This document shows positions 40,392 through 54,609 of a DNA stretch of 64,000 nt, in pieces. The DNA lies in the NCBI RefSeq assembly GCF_009914755.1, contig NC_060928.1; one strand, 5' to 3'. Source of the DNA: the human T2T-CHM13v2.0 reference genome, Homo sapiens. Positions within the stretch are counted from its first letter, which is position 1. Each line of letters starts with the position of its first letter. The notes below the pieces were generated by a model. It saw nothing but the letters and a program-made list of their open reading frames with translations. It was not told where the DNA came from and did no database searches. The position numbers were made by a program, and so were the translations under genes.

Positions 40392-42079
40392 TAATACACA
40401 CAACACTAAGATGACCACCCTTCTAGTCAAGTCTGTACATATAGTTTTAACTGTTTTGCAATAAATTCTTAGATGTCAGAGAAGCCTATTATACTAGCTC
40501 AATAACTAAACTCTCTTTTGTAAGCAAGGCCGACCAATGAATTATTCTTTGCAATTAGATATTTCTACTAATAGGATAATGTATTATCTAGGTTAGTAAA
40601 ACCCTATTAAAAATCTACCAGATATTAACCTTTCTGACTCACTCATTCTACTGCCGAAAAATCTCCTCTTAATGAGCCTTAAGGAAATATTTGAGGCAAC
40701 GTTCGCAACTGAACCATTTAGTTTGTGACCATCCATTCTCTTTTCTTTTTCCTTTTATGACTTTTTCAAGAAAGACATAAAAATCTTTTTCAGTAAAAAC
40801 CTGACCTAGAACATGCTGAATCCCTTCTACCTTGGCAGTGAACGCCTTGAGACAGAAAACAAAACTGTGGCTAAAGAAATTCAATCATTCTTCCCAGAGT
40901 GAAGCAGAAGATGTTTCACAGACAGCATGTGTCCTCAGAGCAAATCTCGTTACAGCCTAGTATATGCCTAGATCTGGAAAATAACAAGATGAAAAAAGAG
41001 AACCTGAAAGACAGAACTTTGACCGCTTGCAGAAGGAGAAACAGAATTCTCTACAAATTGCATTAAATTATTATGTAAGGAAACAAACATTCCAATGCAG
41101 ACCAGTCAATTAAGAGACAATATTGCCAGACAAATTCAGCCAAGGTTTCCACCCATTTTCAGAGAGGAAAGACCATCTAACTAACGTATTCATTCTATGT
41201 ATTTGTGGGCTATATGATCATATTAAATTAACAGGTAATTAACAGTACATATTTCTCACTTCATTGTACAGGTTCAGTTATTCTTAGCTAATCCTTTTTA
41301 TGGGCTATAATACATTCCCAAGTAAAATATCTATGTCAAATAAACATCTGAAAGAAGTAGAAGTTATTTTATTACTCAAATCAAGGCTATATTTTAAAAA
41401 ATTTTTAAAAATGCAGAGCAAGTAAGCACTATCCTTTATAGAATACCCCTTAAGAAAAATGATTTCTACCAGCATATGGCATGTATTGCACACAATGCTT
41501 TGAAAACGCTTTATCTAGTCGTGTCATTTTGTACATTTAGTCTGTATTGACTAGCTCTTTAAATGAAGCACAGTGCTTATGAGGCCAGTGTGATAACCTC
41601 AACATCAATTAAACTGTTGAGGTTAAATAACTTCAGGTTGCTTTAAGTGCATGAATATGGTGCACGTGCACAGTACACAGGCAAACACACACACACTACA
41701 CAAAACCAACAGTGAAAACTAGAAAAACTATGTTAATAATTTAGTGCAATTCACTACTACTTTTAGATAAAGCAAGCCAAAACATGTCATGCTGATGTGT
41801 TTTTCCTCTATAAAAATATCTCATTTTTCATTGTAGGTGAGAGAAATACCAATCTGAAGTAATAGATAATTTGAATTATAGAAACATATCAAAGAAGTAT
41901 ATATAGGATTATTTTTCTGAGTACACACAGTAATAATACTAAAATGTGTTCTGCTAGAGATTCTTAGGAGTCTAACTGAAAGGAACCCAGGATCATGACT
42001 TGCTATGAGCATAACAATTGTTTGCCTCACATGTGCGTATCCTAAATTTTTGAAAGCAGGACCCTTTAGTAGCAAGCAT

Positions 42080-42300
42080 ACTAAATAGTATTATTAAACA
42101 TTAAACACTAAGTCTGTTCTAGCCACTCTTCAATGCTTTACCCGTATTTACAGTCAATCCTCACAACAACCCTGTAGAGCAGATAAAAAAAAATAAATAA
42201 ACTTGCCCAATATTGTACAGTTAGAATTAAGAAAAGCTGGAACTGAATCTCAGGTATGTCTGACCTCAGACCCCAAGTTCATTAGCTACTACACTATATA
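42080..42300 (-). mobile_element. MIR SINE
   Basis: aatcctcacaacaaccctgt, aacttgcccaa, ctgaatctcaggtatgtctgacctcag. Confidence 0.75.
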
Positions 42301-43550
42301 GGCTCATGAAAATATCAAATAGCCAACCCACAGCCTTTTGTATATTTTTAAGATTTTAATAGGCCTTTTGTCTTAAACAATGGATAAATTTAAATTTAGC
42401 TCTTGTCTCAAATCCATTGGTTCACAATTCTTTATACCTATGTTTGATTGTTCAATGTGGAAAGGATACTATTATTATATTGATAATATTTCTAAGCAAA
42501 TTTCCTACATTATCTAAAGTCCTTTGTGGGAATAGATGAAGTTAAAAGTAACTGAATACATACATATATACATAACAATATCTGTGAATATTTTTCTCTG
42601 CTAGAAATGAGACAACAGAAATGGGTAAGATGGGCAAGGAAGTGCAGAAGAGTTATTGAAAAAGGAGACTTCAAGCCCACAAAGCAAATGTAGCAGGCAG
42701 AGAAGAATGTGAAACTACAAACCCTAGTTGGAGCCCCATCCCATGGGAAGGCAGGGAATTTTTTTCCCGTACTCCATGTGGGTATTACAAAGGTAATACA
42801 GTATAGCATAATGCCAGTACTTTAAGAAGTCTCTTCTGGACTTCTCTCTGAATGGCTTCATACAGAGATAACCTTTGTCCAAGCTCACGTCAGGCCCTGA
42901 AATCCCGCTGTGTACCAGAGGTGGCACAAGGGAGTCTTGGCTAAGGCTGGAAACCTGAGGCTCAGGACCAGCGTCCAGGGCCAACCTCTTGGACATTCCC
43001 TTCTAAGGACTTTTAACCTCCCCGTGGGGAGCTCATGGCTTCCAGGGCCACCTAGCCTCAAGTAATGCCTGCACTCCAGCCTCTCTCCTCAGTGTTCAAG
43101 CTTCTAGAAAACAAAATCCATAAATACAGACAGCTTGCAAATAACTTCTACATTTTGCCCTCTAAGTCAACTTCCCCTGAAGGCACAGAGTCTGGCTACA
43201 AGTTTGAACCCAGGGGGAAATAATAGAGGAAAAACTAAAAATAATGTCTTGCCCATAAATAATATGCAAAGGTAAGGAAAACAATATTTTTTCCTCTTTT
43301 CTCTCTATCATGCCCTATTCCTCATTGACTCTTGCTTTATAAATCACACCGTCTCTAACTTTTACCATTTCTCTCATGCTTTCATCTCTCTTTTCCTATC
43401 TCTCCAGGACGTATACCCCTTACTTGAGATAGTGGTGCTGAAAAGGGCCTCCATTTTTGCTACAGTATTAGTTGAAACCGGCAGGGGAACACCTTGAATC
43501 TGTAGAAGTATTTGTTAATAACGAACTCTGCATCTTTTAAGTTTAATATC

Positions 43551-43551
43551 G

Positions 43552-43600
<49 letters not shown>

Positions 43601-43635
43601 AGAGAGAGAGAGAGAGAGAAAGACAGAGACAGAGA
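43551..43635. repeat. Compound (GT)n(GA)n microsatellite
   Basis: About 24 GT units (one interruption) followed by a GA tract. Confidence 0.95.
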
Positions 43636-45663
43636 AATCATTTTCCTTTTTTATTTTCAACAATGTTTGGCAATGACTATACCAATAATCTTGAGGAAAT
43701 TCCAGTCAAACACCTAATACCCACCCTGACAAATATGGCAAGTGTATATGCAGTGTTTATAATTTGATGATAAAATAACCACTTTAATTTACAAAAGCCA
43801 GTTCTCTGGCATAAACTTTTTTCACACACAGACACTTCAATATTTTCAAGTTTCCCAGTCCCTTAATTGTTTAACTCACCCAAGTTTTAGAATATTACAA
43901 AGAGAAGTTGCATTTAACAGATGTTCATTTCAAAGACCTTCAGAACATTATAAATTATGATAAATTAATTTCCTCATTTCACAGTTTGACAAAGCAGCTC
44001 TGAGAGCTTGCCTTGGTCTATACTAAAGGGAGGGAAGAGAAAAAAGCAGGAGGTCGGGATCCCAGGAAAAGGAGCGTCTCTTGACTCAGTAAGTGGCTCT
44101 GTCACATAAAACTCATGTCGGCTCTTAAGGAGCCAAGCCAGCTGTATCCAATGTGCCACAAATGCTCTGGCCTCTTTTTTCTCCAGTTCAGTTATTGTGT
44201 CTATAAATTCAGCGGGCCACCTGTGCAATGTGCTCATCCGAAAGAACCCCAAAGGAGGCATTAACATATCAAGGCTCATAAAGTACAAATCCTTAAATGT
44301 GAAAACTGACACTTTCCTCCTCTCCAGGCTACATCTATATAGATTTCTTTTTAATGAAAAAGAAAAGGCTTATTTTTTTGCTTACAGTAAAATGCCTTTG
44401 TGTGGCGTTACGTAATTAATGACTGCATTTTTAAAATTTCTACTATTGTAAAGCTACCTAACTTTATTCTCCTTTGAATCTAAATGTGAGTCCATGGTTA
44501 GAATACCCATCCCTATCAGTAACTCATCAATCAATTTAATCATGAATACTACCTATGACTTGTGTTGGACAAGCATCAACTCATAGGACCAAAAACAAAT
44601 AAGCTTTAAAACTAACTGAATAGATCTTCCCCCACACACATACTTTCAATTCTCTTTTAAACTAGTTTTTCTGAAAATCTGTCACCTACTGGGGAATCCA
44701 ACAGAGAATCCATTCCTCTACCTTGCTTCTCTAACTCTAACAATAGTCAAACGTTGTAATGTATTTAGTAACATACCTCTATTAGTATTTCACCTGGAAG
44801 GTTGTGATTATCTTCTCTGTCTCTTCCTTTACATTGTAAACTTCTAACAGCAGTTCTTAATGGTAGTTGAAAAGGAGCTGAACAGATCATTTAGGGACCT
44901 CTTTGTGTCTTTACATTCACCTTCCCGTCACTTCTACCCACTCCAGAAGACTAACAGAACGAGAAGATGGAGAGCAGAAAATGAAAAGAGGTCATGTGTA
45001 GTTTACAAAGCTCCCTACTGTAAGGAGGAGATATAGTGCATGCATATTTGTGTGCATATCAGTACCTGGTACATCACAGGAAATTAATAAACTCTGAATA
45101 AATGAGTGAGTGAAACCAGGTAAGGCAAAACCTTTCCATTCTGATAAGTCAACACTAATAATTTCAAGTAAATTTGTTAACCAAGCCCATTTTGACCAAA
45201 AAGAAAATACAAATTATTTGGATGCATTATTTTCTAATCAATATGTGTTGATTAAACCAGTGGTTGGGAGAGCAGAGAAGGTGGGAGATAATCATTGTGG
45301 GGGGAGGGGGGAAGGAAGCAATGTTGATGTTTAAGGGCAAAGCCAGTGTGATGTATGGAAAGCAAAGAGAAGCTCTGGGGTTAATGACTGTTGGGCCACC
45401 AATTTCTGCACAAGAGCCAGAACACTTAACTTACATTTGAACGTGTGCCTAAAAGCTGAACCCAAGCTGCCACACTTCACCATTTCCTTACTGATAAAAC
45501 ATTGCAAATTATCATCAAAATGTGATAACTATTTAAGATGAGGCAATAAACACACATTTTGTGATACTCCCTGCATGGTCAGAAGCAACATCCCTCCTTA
45601 ACAGGGAGTGAGACAAAGAAAAGGATAAGATTCAGTCACTTAAGCTAGTTAAATTTCAGAGTG

Positions 45664-46253
45664 TGTATAAAAGAATTAACCTTACCCAAAGAGAGGTCTG
45701 GCCTTTGCCCTTGTCTCCTGGGAGGTGGTCTCTAGGAAGAGTGGCTTTGCTTACCTGGGGGCTTTAGGTCACACCAGACATTCTAACAACATGACTTATG
45801 ATAGGGGCTTTCTGCCATGTAGTAACCACTCTGCCTCCAAAGAGGCTGAAGACTAAAGGCCAGACACTCAGGCAGTCAGCTACATGATTGGGCCCCACTA
45901 AAAAGTATGAACACAAAGCTCAGGTAAACTCCCCGGTTGGCAGTACTCACTGTGTATTGTCACATGTCATTGCCAGAAAAGCAGCGCTGTCCATGACTCC
46001 GTGAGGAAGGGTAACTGAAATCTCCTGGTTTGGAACCTTCTTGGATTCTGCCCCATGCATCTCTTCCCCTGGGTGATTTGTGTCTGTATCCTTTCCCTGT
46101 AATAAACTGTAAATGTGAGTAAAACAGTTTTCAGTGAGTTCTGAGTCCTTCTAGTGAACTCTCAAAACTGAATGTGGTCTTAGGAAGCCCTGAACTCTGG
46201 AGTTGTTGTCAGAAGTGAGGGCAGTCTTGTGGATGGCTCTCTAAGTTTCTACA
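45664..46253 (+). mobile_element. ERVL solo LTR (MER21/MER77-like)
   Basis: aattaaccttacccaaagagaggtctggcctttgccc; AATAAA at 46101; tcagtgagttctgagtccttctagtgaact. Confidence 0.85.
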
Positions 46254-46341
46254 GGGCTTGTCTGATTTTTTTAAAGTCACAGATTCTCAGTACTTCGACA
46301 CAGGAATTAATTATTTCACATTTCAAAATATATCTATTATC

Positions 46342-46848
<507 letters not shown>

Positions 46849-46971
46849 TTACTTAGATCTGACTGAGCTTGAGCACATCAATTGACTTCTGTAAGCATTA
46901 GGTTCCTCTGAAAAACAAACTCAGTACCCTACTACCTAACACCAAAACAAAAGCACTTTGAAAATTCTAAG

Positions 46972-47160
46972 GCAGTATTGTCAAACTCTAGTGTGCCTCA
47001 GAATTACCTGGAAGGCTTGTTAGAACACAGATGGCTGTGCCCCACCTTTAGAGTTTCTACTTCAGTAGGTCTTGGGTGGTGCCTAGAAATTTGCATTCTA
47101 ACAAGTTGCCTGGTGATGTTGATGCTGCTGGACCAGGAGCCACACTTTGAGAATGACTTC
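46972..47160. mobile_element. MER5A (hAT-Charlie)
   Basis: cagtattgtcaaact...tcagaattacctggaaggcttgtt...atttgcattctaacaagtt...cacactttgagaa. Confidence 0.9.
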
Positions 47161-49799
47161 TCTAAAATACTATACAAAGATAAATAAATAACATTACTTT
47201 AGTACTAGGTGCCAAAGTAGCTATTAAATAGTTCACCGGAGAAAGAAGTCCTCTGAAATAAAATACAACCCATTGCTTAAGGCTGTGGCGAGGCTGAACA
47301 TAGATGCGCCCTCAGTACGCAGAACATCTCAGACTACCACAAGGATTACCACAGGAGGCATGGACGTGATGTGGTGACATTTTTTCCACCAGACACTGCT
47401 GTGCTCAACAAATTGAAAGAGAGGAGTGCCTTAGACACACAATTCATTTTAAAGTCCCAAAATACTGGCTTTCTAGTAGAAATCAATTCCCTATTTGGGA
47501 ATTTGACTTTATTCTTGTTTTTGCTTTTTAAATCTTACCAATTAAGTTTTGATCAAGGATAATTTGGACTCCGTTTCCAATAGAAATATTTGGTAAATAG
47601 CAGTATCCCTTTACACAAAGCTAATTGAGGGATGGCAAGCTTTGGTAGTGGTGGTTAATTGTAATTCCATTCCTTCCATCTAGTTCACTACTATTAAATA
47701 TAAAAACACAAAAATTATAGTGTTAAGACTGCTGTTTGGACAGAATTTTAAGATTTAATTTAAAACTTTCAAGAACATTGGAAGTTTCTTTCTAAGATAA
47801 ACTTATTTTCAAGAGCGAAAGAAAATAAAGAACTATAAAAATAAAATTATTCATAGCATTTATACACACTTATCTTCCATGGTAATGCCGAAGTTACTCT
47901 TTTCTTCATGTGCCACTCAAAATAGCACAATTTGCCTTCTTAAATGGACCCTTGACAAAGAAGTTATGTTAAAGTGATCATTTCACGATGTCCCTTGTGT
48001 CTTAAAAATATCCTGGGGGTTCAAGTCGGCATCCAAGGAAGACCCCTCTACTTTGTTCAATTTGACCACAAATCATTATTCTACAACATGAAAACCTTAG
48101 AACATTTTAAAAGACCAAAGTTTCTTTCTTCCTCCATTAAGACTCAGTGCTGTATTAACATATTTCTACTGCAGACCTACTTGTCAAAATCAAACTTATG
48201 ACGTGCTTTAGGCCAGAGCCTGGTGTCACCTTCTGAGTCAGTTTTCTTATTAATCTTCTGGCTTACTAGAAAAATGTTATGAGGTATTTGTGCATAGTAA
48301 AGATAGATCAGATAGTGTTGAGAACGACACAGCATTTTTTCTAACAGCACTAGCTAGCATGCTAGCATGGTTGAAAATGTAAGTTATACTACATGTTCCT
48401 GTTCTGAGAATATGAATGCATATGAGCTTCCTAAAATAAATCTCTTAAATTCATTAACACCTTTCCCAACAAGCCCTTCAATAGCCCTCTCAAAAGCTTT
48501 CGAATAAATAGATGTAGAGAAGAGTCTCTATTTACCTTTGTTTGATGACTTGCTGGAAAATCGATATAGACCATTGACATAATTAGGGACAATAAATGGA
48601 CTCAGAAACTAGTTTTTCAATGGGGAAGTGGATAGGGGAGCTATGTAGCTATGAACTACAGAGAACTGGATTACAAAATCCACACAGTAGTCCCTCCTAT
48701 GCAAAATAATTGTTTGGGCTGCCTGTCATATTTAATAACCATGAAAATTGTAAATTACTGACAGTGATCATGTTGAATTCCCAAACTTAATATACACCCA
48801 GGCTTATTATAAAATATTTACATTTTATTGAAAATGCGTAAGTAATTTACAATTCCAGCAAAAAGTATAGTTGTGATTCCAAATATGTATATAATGAACA
48901 TTCCATTCAACTTATCCCTAACATGGGTAAAATAAGCAACTTGTAACTTTGATGAAATCTCAAATAAACTATTTGATAATGAAAAACTACCTAATGTAAT
49001 GTGATAAGAAAATACATCTTGGGAAATACTTAACAAATTTGCTTGAGACAAAGAGATAAAGCACCAAAGCCACTGAACCATTGTCTTAGTGCAATAAAGA
49101 ATGGGGGCTCTATTCTCTGCAAATCCTAAGTGAGATAAGGCAAATTCTCGTGATATGTCCTCTCCATATTCTCAGGTTCTGAAAGACATATGCTCAAACA
49201 AGCTTAACTTCTTATTGAAGAACAAGAAGGCTGTTAAGGAGCAGGTGTATCCTAGTCAGATCTTCTACACTGTCTTACAATGCCCTAAACCTTTAGCTCT
49301 TTTTGCATGTGTGTTGGGGAGGGGAGTAGCTGATTTGATGATGTCATGAATTGTTTTCTTCCATGATATGTAAAATGGAACATAGTTCAAGCTTTATCAC
49401 ATTAAGATATATAAATGACTTTAAGGTCCATTCCCCCTTTATATTAATGAAGTCATTCACAATGAATAATATGTTTATTTTTCCCATTCTTTTTTCAGAG
49501 AGTGGAAGCAAATATAGGTCCATAAATATCCCAAAAACCACTAAAAAGACTGGATTACTAACCTTTATGGCTCATTACCTCAGTCTCAAAATCTCTTAAA
49601 GCTCTTCGACGGTTAATCTTGAATTTATTTTCATTTAATTGTTCAAGTTGCCCATCACACTGAACATTATTCTACTAAGCACAAAAGAAAAAAAATACAC
49701 CTATCTATGTATATTATATAAAATATATGCTTATAAAATTATATAAGTAAAACCACACCCATATGTTTTTCCAATACACATTATAAGAAGGCTCTGCTG

Positions 49800-50060
49800 G
49801 CACTCATTTGTTTTATTGGTTTAATAAATTATTGATGATCTAATAAGTGTCAGGCACTAAATACTGGGTAAAAATATTAGATATGTTACCTAACTTTGTG
49901 AACTTCACACACTACTAAGGGAGACAAACTCAAACAGATAATTACAACATAGTGTGAAAGGTGCTTTATTAGAGTTTTTTTTTTTCATTTTACTACAAAT
50001 ACAAAACAAGAGACCCATTAGTTGAGTTTCCCTAAAAGCTTCATGTCTGAGTCTTTCTCT
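49800..50060 (-). mobile_element. LINE-2 3' fragment
   Basis: tttaataaattattgatgatctaataagtgtcaggcact...taattacaacatagtgtgaaaggtgct. Confidence 0.65.
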
Positions 50061-50800
50061 GTGTCTAGGAGTTTCCTCATAACTCATCAACTTGTGATAC
50101 CACCCACCCTCATCTATCCTACCAGCCCACACACTACCACTGTTACACATGAAGGTTAACTGCTTGCTTTAATTCAGTCAATCTGTAAACCCCCATCCCT
50201 GGCAGCAGTTCATTGTCATTATCAAGTGATTTCAAAACTATCCCCACCACAAACACATCCACCTATCAGTGAGCAAAATTAGTTCTGCTGCTCTTCCAGA
50301 GTACATCAAAGCAAACGTAAACATTTTAAGTGGGCCACAAAATGAGAATGGCATTAACAGTCCTTGACTCAAAAGAACAAAAGCATTGGCACGAATGCCT
50401 GATAGTTTCCTTTTAAACAGAGACTTGATATACTCTGAGCACTTATGGGGCTGGATCCAGGCTCTATGCTGGGTATTGTGGAATCAGAAATGAGTGATAC
50501 CTGGTCGCTGCTGTAGAGGATTATGTACTCTAACAATTGTTATTAAAATAAAGAAACTGGCTTTAAGACATGTATTTGTAACAGAACTGTTACCAGCAAA
50601 TTTGACTACACAATGCTTCTTTATAAGAATTTTCTCCTTTGTTAGCTCTTCAACTACCAATTTTAAATATAGAAGACATGTTTTTAATAGTGCATGGGGG
50701 TAGGGATACTGCCTTATTCATTGAGTTAAAATGTTTTTTTCTCTAAGAAAAGTCAGTAGAATGTGGGAATTTACAGAATGCCAACAATACTGAAGGAAGT

Positions 50801-50840
50801 GCTTTCCAGTACTGTTCATGGCTTTCCAGTACAGTTCATG
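50801..50840. repeat. 20-bp tandem duplication (1 mismatch)
   Basis: gctttccagtac(t/a)gttcatg x2. Confidence 0.95.
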
Positions 50841-52276
50841 CAGAATTCTCTTTGTCCTGGGGCATTAGTTCCAGTATTGGACCCTCTGATATTATACAAA
50901 ATTCGTCTGTCCAAGACTCCCTTGACTATTTCCTGAAATAGTCCTTTTTCCTCTGGACTGGATACATTAACAATCTTTAATAAATTTAGATGGCATTATT
51001 GCACTTTAGCAGTAGGTCTCTATCAATTACCCTGCATGGTTTTCAAATTCAAGGTTGATTCATATGAACTGGGTAAGACTGAAATTCTGCATATTATATT
51101 CTGTTTTATTATCAGTGCTATTTGCAGACAGGAGACAAAAAAATGCTTACCAATTCTCATCATGTTCATTCCCTAACTGATATTAGCTTCCAATGAGTGC
51201 TTTTTATTTAACATGGTGGGCAAAAAGGTTATTTTATTCATTTTTTGTCATTTTTCATTTATGATTCTTTTTTTTTTCCTTCCATGCTGCAGAAAGGCAT
51301 AACCATTGCACTATTTCTAAAACACCAATGCTTGGTTTTGGTTTGGTTACTTTGGAAAGTCTCCTAACTGAGCAGTGAGAAGAGTTTTTTACCTTGAGGG
51401 ATAGGAGAAAAATAAATTTTTACCCCCCAACAAACCCTAACTGTAAACACAGGCCTGGCTCTCCGTGACCCTAGATGCCGCCAGTTACACACGTGCATGG
51501 AGCATGGGAATCCTCTTAGCTGCCGCCCTCACCTGCCACTTCCATCACTCTGTGGCCGCAGCTCCTCTGAGAAGGCAGTAAATCTGTCAATAGGGCCTAG
51601 CACCAAATGGCACGGGGTTCCTATCTAGCCTTTTAAGACAAGCCCTCCAGATGATTTCTTCTCTTTAGATTGACATTAATGTTAAATGCAGAAGACTGAT
51701 ACCAAAATCTTTACTTAAGTTGCTTTTCCTCTTAAAAAATTTTATCAATAGAAACTGATAAGAACAAATTTCAAAGAATCATCTAAAAGTATCCATACTT
51801 CAAAAATCAAAAACACTCATTTTGTTTTGGTTTGCCTGTAAATACTGCCTAGGGGCTGAAGAGCTGGAGATAAACTGAGGGATGCATTGAGAGGAGGTCA
51901 CTTGGCAGTCAGGTTTGAAGACTGCACTTCTGAAGCTCCATCAACTACTTCAAGCAAAAGCCTTTATTGATCCACCTTTAACTTGGAACACTGTCGTTTT
52001 AGCTTCCTTTTCTCCCATTAGTTCCAGTTCAGTCCTGTTATTAATCATGTATTGAAATAGAAAGAGGGTCACAACGTAATGTGAGGCAGGGTAGCAGGGG
52101 CACAAGATTCTGCATTCTAAGTATTGTAGCCCTTTGGAAAAGATGGCTTCAATCTTTTGAAGCCTCAAGCCTCCCTACTCATAATACAACTACTTTCCCA
52201 AAAGGGAATTGATTTGTAGTATTTCAGTATTTCAAATATATACCTCATATTTAAAATAAGTTTCATAGTATGTTGT

Positions 52277-52515
52277 TCTCTCTCTCTCTCTTTCTGTCTC
52301 TCTCTTTCTATATATATAAAATATATATCGATATATATTATATATATCAATATATAGATGTTATCTATAGATATTATATAGTATATAATATATTATAATA
52401 TATAATATATAGATATAAACTATAATATAGATCTATATATTATATAGATATATATATAAAGGGAGTATATATATAGAGAGAGAGAGAGTATACACACACA
52501 CACATATATAAATAT
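52277..52515. repeat. (CT)n - AT-rich (TA)n - (GA)n - (CA)n low-complexity tract
   Basis: Read directly from the sequence. Confidence 0.9.
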
Positions 52516-52676
52516 ACTTAAGTGCTCAAATGCTATAATGGGAAGAATGACATTTTAGAGTTAGATCTGGTTCAAATTCTGTCTTAGCCACTTAGATTTA
52601 TGAATATTAAATAAGAAAGTAGATATAAGTATCTATACATGTGACTTAAAATATATTAGTTATTATTTCTTTCTTA

Positions 52677-53401
52677 TGAAAACACTTTTGCAAAATTATG
52701 ACAAGACAAATCTGTTACAGTTGACTCCATCTTGCTTCTGACCTCCAAGCTGTCCTTGGTCATTCCTGGGCATAGGCCAAGCTAACTTTGGGAGGAATTT
52801 AGTTGATAGTTTACCCTTAAACAAGGATGATAATAGCGCTTCCCAAAACTAAACCAACTTTGTAAAACTGATGAAAGGCCACTAGATTAGAATTATGAAG
52901 GAGGCCTCCACTCTGCTTAAGATATAGGAGTAGTTTCTATACTCCCTACTGCTCTGAAGTTATGTGCCAGGGGTCACAAGATCTGTAACTTCCACAGTTG
53001 CTTCTGTAGATAACATCACTATTGTAGAACCTAAGATTGGTCTTTTGAGGTTTTTTTCTCAGATTTTTGCATTCTGACAACCAAGGGACCCTGCCCTGAC
53101 CATGACTCATGACTCAACCAGTCCTGTGGCATCACCCAGAGGAGGACTCAGCACACAAGGACCATTTTCCACACCCCTTTGATTTCACCCCCAACCAATC
53201 AGCAGCACCCATTCCCAAGCCCCATACCCATCAAATTGTCCATAAAAACCCTAACCCTGCCAGCCTTTAGAGAGACTGATATGAGTAGAAACTCCAGTTC
53301 TCCTGTGGCTGGGCTCAAGTTAATTAAACTCTTTCTTTACTGATCTCAGTGAATTCGTTTTGTCTGTGCAGAGGGCCAGAAGAACCTGTTGGGTAATTAC
53401 A
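52677..53401 (+). mobile_element. ERV1 solo LTR (LTR8/LTR8A-like)
   Basis: TG...CA ends; ttttgcaaaattatgaca...tgactccatcttgcttctgacctccaagctgtcctt; ccaatc at ~53195; attaaa at ~53323; 4-bp TSD (c/t)tta. Confidence 0.92.
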
Positions 53402-53579
53402 TTTAGCAGCCATAAAATATTAGAATTAAAAACAGTTTAGATTACTTTTACATAATCAATGCAATATTTTGTTTTTAAATCCCCTACTAACTATGACTTG
53501 ATTTCTGATTATTTTAGTACTGTTTTTCCCCCTATATGGGCTGGCATTGCTTTGTTTAATAAGCTAAACTCAAGAGAAG

Positions 53580-54157
53580 TTTGGTGGGCAGAATTTTAAG
53601 ATGGTGGCAAGAATCCTGTCTCCTGGCAAACACACTGTTTATAATCTACTCAAGCGCAGTCTGGAGCCATGAATATGATGGAATAATAGCTCTTGATGAG
53701 GTTATGTCCTGTGAGCAAGGTGATGGGACAGTCATCCCCTGATGTGTTACATTATATAAGACAATGCCTTAGTAGACTGAAGAAAAAGAGGTTCTCCTAC
53801 TAGCCTTGACCTTAGGAAGGAAGCTGCTGTGTTGTAAGAAAGCCATGTGGCAGGGCACTAAGGTGGCCTCTAAAACTGAGGGCAGCTTGCTGCTGACAGC
53901 AAGAAAACAGAGGCCTCAGTCCTACAAACATAAGGAGCTGGATTCTGCCAACAACCACATGGTCTTGGAAGACCCTGAGCTCCAAAGGAGAATGCAGCCT
54001 GGTCAAAATCCTGACTGCAGCCTTGTGAGACTCTGAGTAGAGGACCCGGGCAACCATGCCCAGACTCCTGACACAGGGAAACTGAGATAACATGTATGTG
54101 TTGCTTTAAGCTGTTGAATTCATGGTAATTTGCCACACAGCATAGAAAACTAATACA
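53580..54157 (+). mobile_element. MaLR solo LTR (MLT1E/F-like)
   Basis: ggcagaattttaagatgg...ggattctgccaacaacc...gcatagaaaactaataca; perfect 5-bp TSD agaag. Confidence 0.92.
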
Positions 54158-54609
54158 AGAAGCAAATCAACATTTCATATTAAGTATTCAGTTTAAAAGT
54201 CATTCCTTCAAAGAGAGATTAAAGTAAGAGTAATTGAATCCTTCAGCCCTAATCTGTTAGGAAAGGTATGCCTATCTATTAAGGATCTATACGGAATAAA
54301 TATCAGTTGGCAGTGAAACAGGGGCCTATTTGTAAAAAGGAAAAAAAAATAGCTATGCTACAAACAGTATTTACAGTAAGAGAGACTCTGGAGTAATAGA
54401 AAAACAGCTCGTGTTTCTTGGTTATTTCTTGTGCCCAGGTTCTGTTCTAAGTCTTCTACAGTTTACATCTTTAGATATTTTCCCATAGCTTATCATTAAA
54501 GTTGATGAAAAGTCAAGACATTTTTCTCAATACTATTTTTTCAAAATAGTACTGGTGTTTGGAAGAACACCTAGATTAGATCTAAATTTATAACTGTTAA
54601 AATCTACGT

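Noticed and set aside
51466-51483. CTCF-like accctagatgccgcc
   Set aside because: Three mismatches, including the core GG.
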